Assembly (NCBI RefSeq): GCF_009914755.1
Contig: NC_060934.1
Source: the human T2T-CHM13v2.0 reference genome, Homo sapiens
Strand: one strand, 5' to 3'
DNA length: 64,000 bases
In this document: positions 37,401-52,614 of the stretch, piece after piece
Layout: the number at the start of each line of letters is the position of its first letter
How positions within the stretch are numbered: the stretch's first letter is position 1
Notes under the pieces: generated by a model
What the model saw: the letters and a program-made list of their open reading frames with translations, nothing else
Told to the model about the DNA's origin: nothing
Databases searched by the model: none
Program-made: the position numbers and the translations under genes

Positions 37401-38839
37401 GCAAGGCTAGAAATGTAAGGGGTTCCAGTCCCAAGATGTTATCTTAGCCTCCTATTTCATAATTGCCTCATAGTTGGTGTACAGAGGCCTCCTCTCATAA
37501 ATTTGTCTTGAGTAACTTAATGAAAGGTTATATTTAAAATCCACCTGTAAATTGAGAAGGAACTTTTGATAGAGAAGAGATCTGGGGGCAGGATGGAGGG
37601 AGGACAGGAAAGCCAATAATGAAATTTCAAGCAACTAAACATTCAAAACATTCTGGTTCAGTTGCTTCAGGAAACATCATAATTGGCCTGATCAATGTCC
37701 CCAAAACTGAGGGTGCTGGTGGGATGGACCCCTAAAATTCCTGGAGAGTGACTTCCGTACAGAGCACAGCCTAGGTTAAAACTTGATTTTAAATGGGTAT
37801 GAAAACCTGAAAAGAATAAACCAACTCCAGTAATTTAGTAAATATTCACCTTAGGAAAGCTGCCTGAGTTCACTATTTAACAATTGCTACCTCATTATTT
37901 TAAAACATTCCACAATTCAGTTGGCCCTAAGCATAGGATTAGTTCTGGAGATGGCTACAGTTTGGGTTTGCAACCTGCTGAAAAACATGGACCCATAAAG
38001 TTGTAATGTTGCAGAAAGGTAAGGGCATCGTACCAACCTGAGTGTTTGTACCACAAACGCAGCGGCTGCACAACACACCTATATGTCGTACATGCATGGG
38101 TTGGTGTACCTGTGTGTGTACACATATACACACACACAGAGCATACATCCTCACAAGAATATAAGATTAGGAACTCAGATATTAGACCATACAGGGTCAA
38201 ATTCACGATCCATGGAGTCCACTGTCCTATGGCTGAGCCCCTCACTTCCCCCACAGCCCCCTCTTCCCCTGTCTGCCTCTCCTTTCACCCCTGCTCTCTT
38301 TCTTGCTTTCTCGCCACTGCCCTAAAGGCCTGTGCCCTACTGAGGTACAACATCTTCTCTTTGCAGGAAAGAGGTAGAATAGATATCAGCTGAAATTGAT
38401 GAGTTCTGGGTAGGGCTATTTGAAGACTTCTGTAGTCTTTAGACCCCACACCACATCAAATATTTTAATTGCACCCACTTTGTAGACTATTTGGGCTACA
38501 AAAATATTTGGGATGATTTTTCTAGGGTTACTGGTGAGATTATTTGTCTAAAATGAACCCATTTGGCTTATACTTGGCCATGACTTTGCAAAAATCACCA
38601 TAGGCAATCAGGATTCTTACAAAATGAGAAACTTTAATTGTTGCTAATCCTAAACTTGATAATACAGTTAATGTAATGTCACATTCTATGGGCATCTCAT
38701 CCTACATTTATCAAGGTTGACTTTAAACTGAATGCATTGTGGGGTTTTTTGTTTGTTTTTTAGGTTTCCAATTTTCCTCATGTCATTGTGGAGCTTGCAG
38801 GCCCCATCTACTTTGCCTATAGTGCCTAAAATTGACTGA

Positions 38840-39030
38840 AAGAACCCTAGAGTAAAAGCCAGACATCCTGGGTTCACAGCCCTCTATCTGGTTGAGCAAG
38901 TTATTTGAACTCTTACAGCCTTGGTTTCCTCATCTGCAAATTAAACATAGTAGCCAGGACTACCCTGGTGAAAGCATAGAAAGCATTTATCATAGGGTCA
39001 GCTATGCAGCAAGCCACTCAAATAATCTTA
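38840..39030 (+). mobile_element. MIR SINE
   Basis: agccagacatcctgggttc...gagcaagttatttgaactct...gccttggtttcctcatctgcaaa. Confidence 0.75.
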
Positions 39031-39839
39031 GCCGTTATTTTCAGTCATTTGTTTTTACTTTTTATGTTCTTTGCATAATAAGCTTTATAATAATAATAAA
39101 GAACTTTCAAAGAAAAAATTACTCATACTCTCCTAATCAAACATTTTCCATGTTCCATTCCATGCCTATATAATTTTACAAAGTTGTAATCTTTTCAAAT
39201 TTAAGTGTTCGTATTTTGAGGAATTTTTTTCTTACAGCTTTGGATCAAAATTACCTTTCCATTGTTTTGGTTTTCAAATAATCGTTCTTAAGAGCTGTAT
39301 AACATTCAATGATGTTAATTTACCATAATTTGTTTAACTGTTCCCATACTGCTAATCATTTGAATTATTTTCATAGACATAAATTATGACTATGTCATTT
39401 ACATTTTTTAATCCATTTATATTCCTAGCTTTCTTTGCTTTTGGAATGAAGCATTCAGTAAGGTTACCGTCTACTCTGTGAAGTAACATTTCCTTCAATT
39501 TGTCTAAAATGTAACTGGATCCTGTTTCAAAGGGCTCCTTCCTTCTAGCTTTCCTCTTCTCTGGAGGCCTCTGATAAAGACTATGAGCAAAGGAAGGAGA
39601 ATAAAGAAAATTTCTTTGCCTCTTCCAAGAGTTGGGAGTAGAATTTCTTATGCCTTCTATGTGTGCAGGGCAGGACCTTACCACAGACCAACATTGCTGG
39701 GCCTGACCCCATTTGCCTCTGTGTGCAAGGGAGCCAGTCACTGCCTGACCCAGCCATGCTGCATCATGTGGCCCCATCCCTGGCTGAGGCTGATCAACCC
39801 AGAGAGGTGGCCCACATGACCCAAGGTCAGGATGTATGA

Positions 39840-40183
<344 letters not shown>

Positions 40184-40286
40184 ACAGTCAGATATTTTTC
40201 TTTCTGGAATTTGAACACAAAAATACCTGAAGGTTGGTATCCTCAGTGTCAATGGTGGTGTGAGCCTATAGGCTGGAAACGTTGGT

Positions 40287-40838
40287 GTGGAGGACCAACT
40301 TCAAGAACCCCCACACACACCCTGCCTCCTGGTGTCCATGCCTCTGTGTAGTCCCCTCCCCTTAAGCATGGGCAGGATTGGTGACTTGCTTCTGATCAAA
40401 GGTGATGGAATCTGTGGGGTTACATGTATGTGATTACAGAGTTGTGATTAGGTTGTGTAAGTCTGCACTGCCCATCTTGGGAGTAGACGTTCTTGCTGAC
40501 TTTAAAGAAGCAAGCAGCCCTGTTGGGAAGGCCCATGGGACAAGTAGCTGAGGGCGGCCAACAGCCAGCAAGAACTGAGGTTCTCTGTCCAGCAGCCTGC
40601 GAGGAACCAGTTCCTTCTAACAAGCACACAAGCTGGGAAGGAGACCCTTCCCCAGCCAAACCTCAGAAGAGACCAGTCACAGATGACACTTTGACTGCAG
40701 CTTTGTGAGACCCTACAGCACATGGCATGGTTAAGCCTGGCCCACAAGACTCCTGACTCATGGAAATTGTGAGATAACAAATGTGTGTTATTTTTAGCTA
40801 CTAAGTTTCTGGTCATATTGTCATGCAGCAATAATACT
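40287..40838 (+). mobile_element. MLT1E/F-like MaLR LTR
   Basis: ctgcctcctggtgtccatgcctctgtgtagtcccctcccctt...gaaattgtgagataacaaatgtgtgtt...atgcagcaata. Confidence 0.85.
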
Positions 40839-41038
40839 GTTAGTCCACATAAGTCAGAATCAGGAAGGTACAGAAAGTAGGAGGGAGCAGGAACTTAAGG
40901 TGGAAAAAGAGAATCACAGAGTAGAAGGTGAAGACAGCAGTTGACAGACAGAAAGAAAGACCCCTGTAAGAAGCCAAGCTCCATCTGCGGTGGAGGCTTG
41001 AGCCAGCATCAAGCACTGCTTCTCGGGTTCCCAGGATT

Positions 41039-41256
41039 CAGAGCTGTGCTGCCAGTACAGTAACCACTGGCCATGTAAAGTTACTACATTTAAAGGTAAA
41101 TTAATTAAAATTAAATAAAGCTAAAAACTCAGCTCCTCAGACATACTATCTACATTCCAAGTGCTCAGTAACCACTATAGCTAGTGGCTACCAAATTGGT
41201 GTAAAAGAGAAAATTTCCATCATTCCAGAAAATTCTATCAGCCAGGGCGGCTCTAG
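41039..41256 (+). mobile_element. MER3 hAT-Charlie element
   Basis: attaattaaaattaaataaa...caagtgctcagtaaccac...ctagtggctacc...ttccatcattccagaaaattctat. Confidence 0.8.
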
Positions 41257-42609
41257 ATGCTTCTGAGGCCACTTGGGTCAGTTCTGTTTCCTGAGGGACT
41301 CAGCTCTGCCACCATTACTCCCTTCCCAGGCCTGCCACCCCATCTCTTTCTTGTTTGCTGAGCATATGGACCTGAGGTTATTCCAATATTTTGATATCTA
41401 TTCTTCTACCCAGATGACCCCCACCACACTTCCTCAATGACAAAAATTCTCATTCCATCTTGTCCAACGCACCAGCACTCATGAGCCTTCTTTTCTTGTC
41501 ACCCTGGCTGCTCTCACATCTTCCCACCTGCCTTCCATCCCTTGGGTAAGTCAGGAGACATCCTCAATGGCAACTGATTTTTTTTTTTGTTCTAGCCTCT
41601 TGGGAATGTACTTGGGGTGAAACTATTGCACTGTCCTACAGGCAAGCATTTCCTTGTTCATGTGAGTCCCAGAGCGCTGGCTGAGTTACAGGGTTTTCTT
41701 TCCCTGTTGACCTTCGCCCTACCAAGCATGGTTAGCTCATTAACAATTTTGCTATTACTGTACCTTTAAATCAGTCACCAGAAAACGTATTCCCTTGCCA
41801 TTGTAGGTGTCTGGTGTAAAACTTTATCTCTCCCTCAGCTCAGGTAACAGGATATTAAAATATTTTTATCAAGCATGCTGAAAAGTTCAACTGTCAAAAG
41901 TAGTATTTTGCATCAAGTTCAAAATGAAATAGACAGTCCCAGAAGGATAATTTTGAAGAATCTGCTTTTGTCAAACCTGGGGGGAGAGTGGAGGACAGCA
42001 ATGAATAAAAGAAAGGGAGCGAAGGGGGTGGGGCAGTGAGCAGGGAAAGGTCTGCATTTGATCGGGCTGGATTTTCACATCCAGCGAGTATGTAATTCAC
42101 ACATAGTAACTCACAGAAAGCAAAATCGCAGGTGAAGGATCGAGTGGCACATAAGCCAAGGGGATTTACTGTCTAATTGTACACCACGACAGGTTCCATT
42201 TCCAACTTAGCTCCAGTCAGGAAAGAAATAAGATGTAAGAAATGAGAAATAAGGGGTGGTGAAGAGGAGAAAAAAGTGGAGGGGAAGACTGCATATGGAG
42301 CAATGGGAAATTAAACTTCTGTTCAGCCCTGGGCTGCACGTGTGTTCAATTGTTTGTGTTATCTCCAGATGGTGAAGGCTGAGAACCTGTGGGCAGGAGC
42401 CGAGTCTTGTGCACTTCTGTCTCCCAGTGCCGGGCTTGTGCCAGGAGTCGATAAATGCATTGTGTCAACTAAGATATTAAAGAATAGCGTTGAGGTAAGC
42501 CCCAGGACACTCCCAGATTTTCCCTTTTGTTTCTCCTAAGGAAAATTTCTGGATCGTAACTCCCATCCGAAACACGATTCCCCTCTTTGCTGGCAACACA
42601 CCCTAAAAA

Positions 42610-42820
42610 TTAAAGAGCATGGGTTTTGGAGCCAGTCTTTGGTTCAAGCCTGGCGATGCAGTTTACCAGCTATGGCCCTTGGGCAAGTGACCTCATGGTT
42701 CTTGAACTCATTTTCTCATCAGTAAAACACAGATATAATAATTCCTACCTCATCAGTTTTACGGAAGTTAAATAATTTAAGATAGCACATAACGTACACT
42801 GAGTCAATAAATATTAGCTG
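42610..42820 (+). mobile_element. MIR SINE
   Basis: agagcatgggttttggagccag...ccttgggcaagtgac...ttttctcatcagtaaaa. Confidence 0.8.
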
Positions 42821-42901
42821 TCACAGTCCTTGTTAATGTCAAGATCTTTGTCACTATTACTGTTCCTATTACTCAAAATCCAATATAAGTGGCATCAGCT
42901 C

Positions 42902-43256
42902 TGATATGGTTTGGCTGTGCCCCCACTCAAATCTCAACTTGAATTGTATCTCCCAGAATTCCCACGTGTTGTGGGAGTGATCCAGGAGGAGGTAATTGAA
43001 TCATGGGGGCCGGTGTTCTCCATGCTATTCTCGTGTTAGTGAATAAGTCTCACGAGATCTGATGGGTTTATCAGGGGTTTCAGCTTTTGCTTCTTTCTCA
43101 TTTGTCTCTTGCTGCTGCCATGTAAGAAGTGCCTTTCACCTCCCGCCATGATTCTGAGGCCTCCCCAGCTATGTGGAACTGTAAGTCCAATTAAACCTCT
43201 TTTCGTTCCCAGTTTGGGGTATGTCTTTATCAGCAGCGTGAAAACAAACTAATACA
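42902..43256 (+). mobile_element. THE1A solo LTR
   Basis: ctcaacttgaattgtatctcccagaattccc and gggtttatcaggggttt are THE1A-type; ends actaataca; TSD AGCTC/TGCTC. Confidence 0.93.
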
Positions 43257-43479
43257 TGCTCTAATAAATAAGTCCCGTCCCTGCTGAACCACACTTAAAG
43301 TTCCCTCTTTTGACCATAGCATTTTTGTCTCAGTCAAACCTTTTGTCCCTGGGTTTAACCTTTATAACACATACCACACTTTGAAATTTGATACATATAT
43401 ATTCATTTACTGGTTTATTGTCTGTTTTGTCTCTTCAGTAGAAGAGTCCTACCTATCTTGTTCCTTTCTTGAGTAATTC

Positions 43480-43945
43480 AAATTATATTAAATTTTTTTT
43501 AAAAAGAGCCTGTATTGCCTCAGGTGACTGGGAAATCCAAAGTGCTGGATTCAGAGTTCAGATGAAGCTGTCATGACTCTTGTACTCTTTGTCTCTCAGC
43601 TCTGCTTGCTTTTTCTTTGCTCCAATGTCACATACTTTTTCCCTCTATGGAGACAATGTGATCCCCTACATTTCCAGAGAAAGAAGTAAATGATGTCGCT
43701 CAAATCTCTGGTGAAAAGTTCGAGGGCTGACTCTGATTGAACCATTTGAAGTCATATGCTCATGCCTGAACCAATCGCAAGAGTCTATGCATGCAGGAGG
43801 AATTCTAATTGGCTAGTCAGGGACACAGTCCTCCCTTACCACAGGAGGGTGGAGTCAGCCTTGACCAAATCAAGTAGAAGGAACAGGAATATTATGGAAT
43901 AATGAGTGAGGGATAGTTTCCCAAATACTGAGCAGACAAAATAAT
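43480..43945 (-). mobile_element. Old MLT1 (J/K-like) LTR
   Basis: gtgactgggaaatcca...ctctcagctctgct...ggctgactctgattg...catgcctgaaccaatc. Confidence 0.6.
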
Positions 43946-44079
43946 AATAATAAACACCACCCCACTGTATACACGATGCCTAGCATGGAGCAATCACAGC
44001 ATAAGTGCTCAATGAATGTTTTTTAAATGAATAAGTAATTTATGTGTTTATTTCTTGCCTCCCTGATGCCTAAAGAAAC

Positions 44080-44310
44080 AAGGGCATGAAAATCAGGCAG
44101 GATCCATCCCAGGATTCAAGGCTTGCTCCAGCCCCTAACAGCAGGATGATTTGGGGTGAGTTAACGTTCTCCCCTCTGAACACCTGTTCTTCCCTAGAAA
44201 CCAAGATAGAAAATACTTTCTCTATCAACCTCTCTCAGGATTTTTATGAGGATTAAATCATATAGCATATATAAAAGACCTCTTAAAATAGTACACAAGT
44301 GGGTGTTGCA
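44080..44310 (+). mobile_element. MIR SINE
   Basis: ggattcaag..ttgctccagccccta...acctctctcaggatttttatgaggattaaat. Confidence 0.65.
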
Positions 44311-44512
44311 AATAATAATGAGGCTGGCAGGCAGCTGTGGCTTAGAGTCACAATATCCTCTACGTGTAGGAAGTGCCTTCAATACTTAGCACATCACATG
44401 GAATGTGGTGGCTGTAGGACCACTCGTGCCTCTTATTTCTTTTCATGTCTGTGTAGTGCTTACTTGGATGCTTTGGCTAAAGAAAGAGAGAATAAGAAGT
44501 TGTGAGTTCATC

Positions 44513-44577
44513 TGTGTGTGTGTGTGTGTGTGTCTGTTGTGTGTATGTGTCTGTTGTGTGTGTGTGTGTGTGTGTGT
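44513..44577. repeat. Interrupted (TG)n microsatellite
   Basis: Direct reading. Confidence 0.95.
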
Positions 44578-45298
44578 TTTAAACCAAGATTTAACTAAAC
44601 CTCAGGAGTTTTCAATCTGTTTTCCTAATAAAGTTTACTCAGAAACATTGGACCGGCAGTGACTGTTGAGAGACCCCAGGGCTATTTGTGTAAATTGAAA
44701 AGACTCCTGAGCTCACTCCTGTTTTTATTATGGGAATCACACTAAATGTGATAATTTTTGTGAAGCGTGTTTGCTGTCAACTTCTAATTGTGCTTGTTCA
44801 TAAGCAGCTGAATAGGAAAAAACCATCTCAATCTATCTGTGATTACAGTCACCAAATATAGAATCTTCCCATCAGACCTGAAATAGAAAACCTCACCTTT
44901 AATAACTTTGTGTCGCACAAACGCTGGGCTCAGACTCTCAGAGGGAACGTGGCATCACATCGAATGTTCTCTCCTCCACAGTTAACTCTTATACTTCAAA
45001 GTTGTGTGTGATTTAAGGTTTGATTTGGGGCTGCATTCTCTGCAGCCCCAAATGTGAAGTGATTTCCCCATACTAGATACTAAGAGGCGTACTACAAGGC
45101 TTACTGACCTCTGCTTAGTGGCTATTATTATGAACTCAGAATTAAGCTGATTGCTAGTAAAACACATGTACTTGGTTATATTTTGTTTATAATATTTCTC
45201 ACAGTAAAAGTATCCTCTCAGCACACTTCTAAGCTCCTTAAGGACATTCTCTTAGTTTAGAACTAGAAAAAAATACTGAAAAACACAGAAGCTGTTTA

Positions 45299-45688
<390 letters not shown>

Positions 45689-46176
45689 CTAAGGCACAGT
45701 GCTAAGCACATAGTAGATGCTTAAAAAACCCTTGCTGGCGTGACTTGAGTGGATTTATAGCCTGTGATTACCTTTTAGCATCATTGGCAGTTTGCCATAA
45801 AAAACACAATATCTGTTGACATCTCTTATCATGACATAAAAACAGATGGCTGCCCTGCACAAAATGCATAAGGCCCGAATGGCCCATCAACCAGTCTAGA
45901 CCAGGCTATCTCAACATTCCACCTGGGCCTGGATTTAACCAGGAGTTGTGCAGAGGATGGAGAATACAGGGAGGCTTCTAAATCTAAACCCTGAGATCTT
46001 GAAAATTCCTTGAAAAGGATCCTCTACAAGGAGTTCTTCCAGTCCCTTGCACCCAACACTCCTATTTATCCATGCTTTTGCTTTGCTATTCCCCCTCTCA
46101 GAAATGCCCTATTCCTCTTTTCCTCTCACCCTCACCTGGCCTTCCTGCCTCATCTGCTCTGCACATCCAGACCTTG

Positions 46177-46232
46177 GGTCACAGCCCTCCTGGAAGTGTG
46201 GTCACAGCCCTCCTGGAAGTGTAGTCACAGCC
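46177..46232. repeat. 23-bp tandem repeat, ~2.4 copies
   Basis: gtcacagccctcctggaagtgt at 46178 and 46201, partial copy at 46224. Confidence 0.93.
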
Positions 46233-46309
46233 ACAGCGTCTGTGCCAGCAACCATCCCAGCTCCTGGCTGCTGGGCCCAGGCGAGGCACTTTTGACTCAT
46301 CATCTCCTA

Positions 46310-46470
46310 TGATTATTCATAAAACCCCACAAATACATATGATTTTGCTCCTTTACAGATGGGAAAACCTAAGGCAGAGATTAGATAAGTAAACCGCCCA
46401 AGGTCACATGGTTAGTAGGTAGCCAAACAAGTGTCAACCCCACTCGGTCTGATACCAAAGCCTGTGATCA
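46310..46470 (-). mobile_element. MIR SINE
   Basis: tttacagatgggaaaacctaaggcagaga...gcccaaggtcacatggttagt. Confidence 0.8.
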
Positions 46471-47934
46471 TCTCTCTCTCACGATGCAGCTTCGCTTGGG
46501 TCGACCACCTTAAAAGACTCTTGTTTCATGGGGTCTTAGTTTACCTGAGTTTGGGAATTAAGGTTCATATGCAACTTCATAGGGTATTTGCCCTGTGCTG
46601 ATGACCCTATATTTGGTCCTTCTGGGAATGGCTGTGATGCCATTGCCTTAGGGGAGGAAGGCCCAAACCTAAATTCAAAGCCCACAGAAATGAGTCTGTT
46701 GGCTGGGAGCATGAAGCAATGTGTTAAGAACATGAGTCACTGAGATTTCACCACCTTTGTGCTCTGCGGATTCCCTTGTCTTGACAAGCTATCATTTTGA
46801 GTGTTTAGGGCCACTGTGTAGCAGGAGTTCTATTTTGCAGCCTAAGCTGGACTCTGAAGAATTCAGACTTGCCCAGGCATTAGGGAAAAAATGTGCCAAG
46901 AATCGATTTGCACAAGGGAACAGGAGCCTGTTGGGAAAAGCCTCACCCTAAGGCAGAGAGAGTCCAGGCACATGAGCTCAGGTTGCAGGGAAGAAGAAAA
47001 CCTCAGTAGAGCCCTGTCTGACAAGTGTCTTTTGCTTTCTCCCCACTCTCAGCCACTAGGCACTCCTGCCGAGTTCAAAGGAGAGGGCGCTTCAGTCAGA
47101 CAGCAAATGAAAGCAAGGTGAGCTCGTTCACTAAAATGTCCTTGAACGGTTGAGGGCCCACGATGGTGCCCTGCTGTTCCGCTCCCCTCACCCTGGGTGG
47201 CATTGCTACTTCACTGTCATGGAACAGGACAGCCCACTTGGTGAGCACAGAACCATGAGTCTCTGATCCAGTGCCAAGCAGAATGTGCCAGCGGAATATG
47301 CCTGTATCTGCAAATGTGTCCTAACTGAAAAGCAAATCAAACCTCCACCACCCATTCTCATACATCTTTGTGTTAAATATGTTATAGTTTTCTCAAGTCA
47401 GATTTTTGCAAAATTCTTGCTGCTTTTCATATGTGGATCTTGTCGATCATTTGTCCCTTTTAGAGAGCAGTCAGCCTCACATGAGGAGTACTTGTCATTC
47501 AACAAGGAATTAGGAGATGCCTGGTGTTTGAAGGGTCACTTGGCCTGTGGCTCCTTGAGGCCAACGCCTAGCCCAGTGCTCCTCCAAACCCTGTCCTTCA
47601 AGTGGCTGCGACAGTTGCCCATTTCCAAGAGGCCTTTCCCCTTATGAAAGGATCCAGCATCCTCACTCAGATTAAATACGATTTCTATTGGTTGTGTTTC
47701 CTAAATAAATTGCTGGTAAATTACATCATCAAATGCAATTGGCTTTAATGTCATCTTAAAACTTTAAAGATTTTGTAATGTCATTGGCTTTTCATCTTTT
47801 CTGAGCCTTTCTAGTTACATAATGATATGCAATTGCTAGAGGTTTATGCCTTGAAAAAAATACAAAAATGCCACACTGGTTCATGCCTTTTGGCCTTTGC
47901 TCAGGTCTTGCCCTCTGCCTGGAATGCTATTAAG

Positions 47935-48165
47935 AGCTGGCATTTGCTGAGTACACACTACGTGCCAAGCATTATAACAAATGTGTCCCAACATCCTTAT
48001 GAAATAGACATGGTTATTGGTCTGATTTTGTAGTTTGGGGAAATTGAGGCACAAAGTAATAAATGACTGGCCCAAGTTCATATAAGTGGTAAGCAGTTAG
48101 AATTAAAACTCAAAGTCCATCTGCCTGGCACCAAAACAGAGCTCTTGACCATTCTGACAAACTGC
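47935..48165 (-). mobile_element. MIR SINE inserted in an L2 relic
   Basis: catttgctgagtacacactacgtgccaagc...ggaaattgaggcaca...gcccaagttcatata. Confidence 0.8.
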
Positions 48166-48199
48166 TGCCTGACAGAATGTTTTTCAAGCCCACCTCCTT

Positions 48200-48470
48200 A
48201 TGTAAACATTGAATGTCTATTCAGCCTTCAGGATGCCGATCCAGTATCTGCTCCTTTATGAAGCCCTTCTTGACTCCCATAACAGAGCTAACCCCTCCCT
48301 CTGGGCCACTTTGGCACCGTGTACACACTGTCTTGTTTTGCTTTGTCATCAGAATTATTTGTTATCATGTCACATGGGTCTATCAATTCCTTGAGGATAG
48401 GAAGCATGTCCCATGCCTCTTTGTATCCTTCAGATGTCTGGCACATAATAAGATGTTCAGTACATGCTGA
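48200..48470 (+). mobile_element. L2 3' end
   Basis: ctcctttatgaagcccttcttgac...ccttgaggataggaagcatgtc...tctggcacataataagatgttcagta. Confidence 0.7.
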
Positions 48471-48497
48471 TTGACCACCTATCTGAAAACAAACTTA

Positions 48498-49342
<845 letters not shown>

Positions 49343-49809
49343 AGAGAGAGAGACAGAGAAAGAAAAGAAAAGAAAGAAAGAAAGAGAAAGAAAGAAGAAA
49401 GAAAAGAAAGAAAGCAAGCAAGAAAGAAAGCAAGAAAGAAAGAAAGAAAGAGAAAGAGGAAGCAGGGAAAGGGGGAAGGAAGGAAGGAAGGAAGGGAAGG
49501 GAGGGGAGGGGAGGGGAGGAGAAGAAAGAAAAGAAACTTAGACTGTTATTTGGCGGAACATGGGGCTCCTGTATTTCCTCACCCCTTTGAGACTGTGCAA
49601 CATTGACACGTGCAAAAAAAGCCTTTGAACAATGATCCTCAGGGCTTTAACTCACCTCTAAGAGTTTTTTCCTAGGCTTTTCCTAGGCTGCTTCTCCTTA
49701 GAGCTACCATTTAGAAAGGGAGGCTGACTCATCAGTTCGGTGTCCATGCCACACCCATTGTCTGCCTTACAGCCTCTTGTTTCACCATCACCCATTGTTC
49801 TGTTTCCTT

Positions 49810-50400
49810 CTCAGTGCTCTCCAAAAGCAGCTTACATCAAAAAATCTGATCATGCCACAAAAACAACAGACTGTAATTGCTGTTTTCCACTGAAGCTTAA
49901 TGATTCTCTCCTTACAACGAACCCATAATTACTTTTCAGAGTTCAGTGAAATTCGTTCAATAATAATGAAGGATGCATTCTTTCCCTAGCGTATCTAATT
50001 TAAATGGTTTTTTTCTAAATGGTAGCTATGACATGGTGACAAGATAGTACATAAGCTCAGATTTCTGTTGTTGTTAAGTACAAATATTTTGATAAGTGCA
50101 GCTAATATGAGATATATCCTCGTAGCTGGATATGATACACATTGAAATATGACATTGGTACCATCTGTTCTTCATCATAAATATAAATGAAGTGATAATG
50201 AGCAAAATGTGTTAAGGACCATCAGGATGATTGCACTCCGATGGTTTAATTTGGATCTTCATTAATCTAAAAATAAAACAATCTATACATGACAAATGAA
50301 CACGTTTTTACCGACGCTGTGCAAGTAACTTTTAGGCTATAAACTATGTTCGTGCCACTTAAAATGAGAAGTGAATAATACAAAGAAGATTTGTTTTTTA
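49810..50400. promoter_or_regulatory. Candidate conserved non-coding element
   Basis: Repeat-free, AT-rich, multiple TAATT/TAATC, TGACA (MEIS), CATAAA, GATAA and AACAAT sites. Confidence 0.4.
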
Positions 50401-50489
50401 AGCTCCCATTGAGTTCTCTGTTCAAATCACTTACACACTCTTCTCGTGGGTCTGTTTCAAATCCCAGTATGGAAACCTAGCCTGATGTT

Positions 50490-50675
50490 GTAGGTGGTGA
50501 AATAGAGGCAAAAAAGACCAGTTCAGGCACTTTCTCACTGTGTGACCTTGGCGAAGTTACTTCACCCCTCTGAGGCTCCATCTCCTTATCTCTCAAGGTT
50601 GCAAGGAGAACTTTCAGCCAGCCCCAGGCTCATACCTGCACAATGCTTGGCATTGCATAGTGCTCAATAAATAGA
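50490..50675 (+). mobile_element. MIR SINE
   Basis: ctgtgtgaccttggcgaagttacttcacccctctgag...gtgctcaataaat. Confidence 0.75.
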
Positions 50676-50706
50676 CCACGAGCTAACATTTAGTGGGCAC
50701 TTGCTG

Positions 50707-51515
50707 AGATGGATTACTTAATATGTAAATAAATATATAATATTTAAATATATATTATATATAATATTAAATATATATTATAGATATCTATATCTGTGGA
50801 TATAGATATCTATATATAGATGGATTATTTAATATGTAAATAAATATATAATATATAAATATATATTATAGATGGATTATTTAATATGTAAATAAATATA
50901 TAATATATTATATTTTTTAATATATTTAACATTTATTTAATATGTAAATAAATATATAATATAATATATTATATATTTATTTACATGTTATATTTATATA
51001 TTATTATATATAATATATAAATTATATAAATTATAATATATATAATTTATATATTATATATTATATATAATATATAAATTATATTATATATTATATATTA
51101 TATATAATATATAATATATAAATTATATTATATATTATATATAATATATAATATATAATATATACTATATATTATATTATATAATATATAAATTATATTA
51201 TATATTATATATATTATATAATATATAATATATACTATATATTATATTATATAATATATAATATATACTATTATAGATATCTATATCTATATATTATTTA
51301 GATAATATACAGATTATACATTTACAGATTAGATAGTAGATATAGATAGATTATATATAAAAAAAATCTAATATATAAATAAATTAAATATATTATTTAA
51401 TATATAAATTATTTATAAATATATAATATATAAATAAATATATTAATATGTTAATCTGACTAATATATTAATATGGATATAATTATGTATACTTATATGG
51501 ATCATATAATGTATT
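50707..51515. repeat. ~800-bp AT-rich (TA)n-type low-complexity expansion
   Basis: Almost pure A/T with internal repeats agatggatta(c/t)ttaatatgtaaataaatatataat. Confidence 0.97.
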
Positions 51516-51630
51516 CATTACCATTTCTCTCCATTTTACACGTGAAGAAACTGAAGCATACAGAGATAAGCAACCCGCCAGGCTTCAAGTGCCAGAACTG
51601 GGATCCAACCCAAGCAATCTCATTCCTCAA
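51516..51630 (-). mobile_element. MIR SINE (continuation of MIR starting ~50682)
   Basis: ctccattttacacgtgaagaaactgaagcatacagag...gaactgggatccaacccaagc. Confidence 0.75.
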
Positions 51631-52169
51631 CTTTATAGTGATTACAATTATTGATGTTGTTATGTATTCTCAATTACTAAGGGGAAAGAAGAACACATTA
51701 TTTCCTAGTCAAAGTCTCCACAGCCGAAACAAGTGTAAAGTTGTTGCGGTTAAGCAGGGCCCTGATTATAGTAAGATCTTTTCTGTATTACACAGATTTC
51801 ACCCAGATCACCAGCATTTGTCAGTAAATTCTCTTTTCCCAAGCCTACAAGCTCACCTCTAGGGCATGCTTTATTTCCCTCTAGCTGAACACTGCCTGCT
51901 AGGCCACTCTTGGAGGAAAGAGACAGAAATGTTCATGAGACCACTCAGGGTTTGCTGGACCAGGTGCCTCAAAGTCCAAGTAGCACTGACAGCAACTTTC
52001 CCCAGCATCACACTCATCCCCGCAGCCCTGGCCTCTCTGGCCACAGTCCAGGTACCCCTCCTCAGTCTTTCTACTACTCTCTGCAGTATTTGAGCCCCAA
52101 GAGGGTCAAACAGGCCTCACACCTATTCGCGTAATCCTTCTCTGCCCCGGTAATCAGGGCTTCCACTTG

Positions 52170-52305
52170 TGGAGAGCCTACTGTGTGCCAGATGCCATTT
52201 CAGGCAATTAACACATCTTATGTCATTTAATTCTCATGGCAACCCTGAAATCATCCTCTCCACTTTACAAAGGGGAAGCTGAGCCTTGGGGAGTTTAAAT
52301 AACCT
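52170..52305 (-). mobile_element. MIR SINE
   Basis: gagagcctactgtgtgccag...tcatttaattctcatggcaaccctg...actttacaaaggggaagctgag. Confidence 0.8.
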
Positions 52306-52366
52306 CCTCATTTTGCATCTCATGCCCGTCTCCTCCCTCTGACCTAAGAGCTTAAAGATAGCTACT

Positions 52367-52385
52367 GGGGGTGGGGGGGGGGGGG
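52367..52385 (+). repeat. G5-T-G13 run (G4-capable)
   Basis: Direct reading. Confidence 0.9.
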
Positions 52386-52614
52386 TTCCATGACATCCCT
52401 TTTCTCTCCCCAAATCACAGTCTGTTTGGATGCCTGTTTCTGGGCTCACAGCGCAGAGGCTGGTCAATGCTCCTGTCACCCTGTGTTAGAATCACAGATA
52501 CCATTTCCTGGCTTTCCCACTGGAATTGAAGCTCCAGTGTACATGCAAAAGCTAACAGGGCATCCATGAATTAATAAACAAGTGAACAAATGCACACAGA
52601 GGTCACATAGAAGT

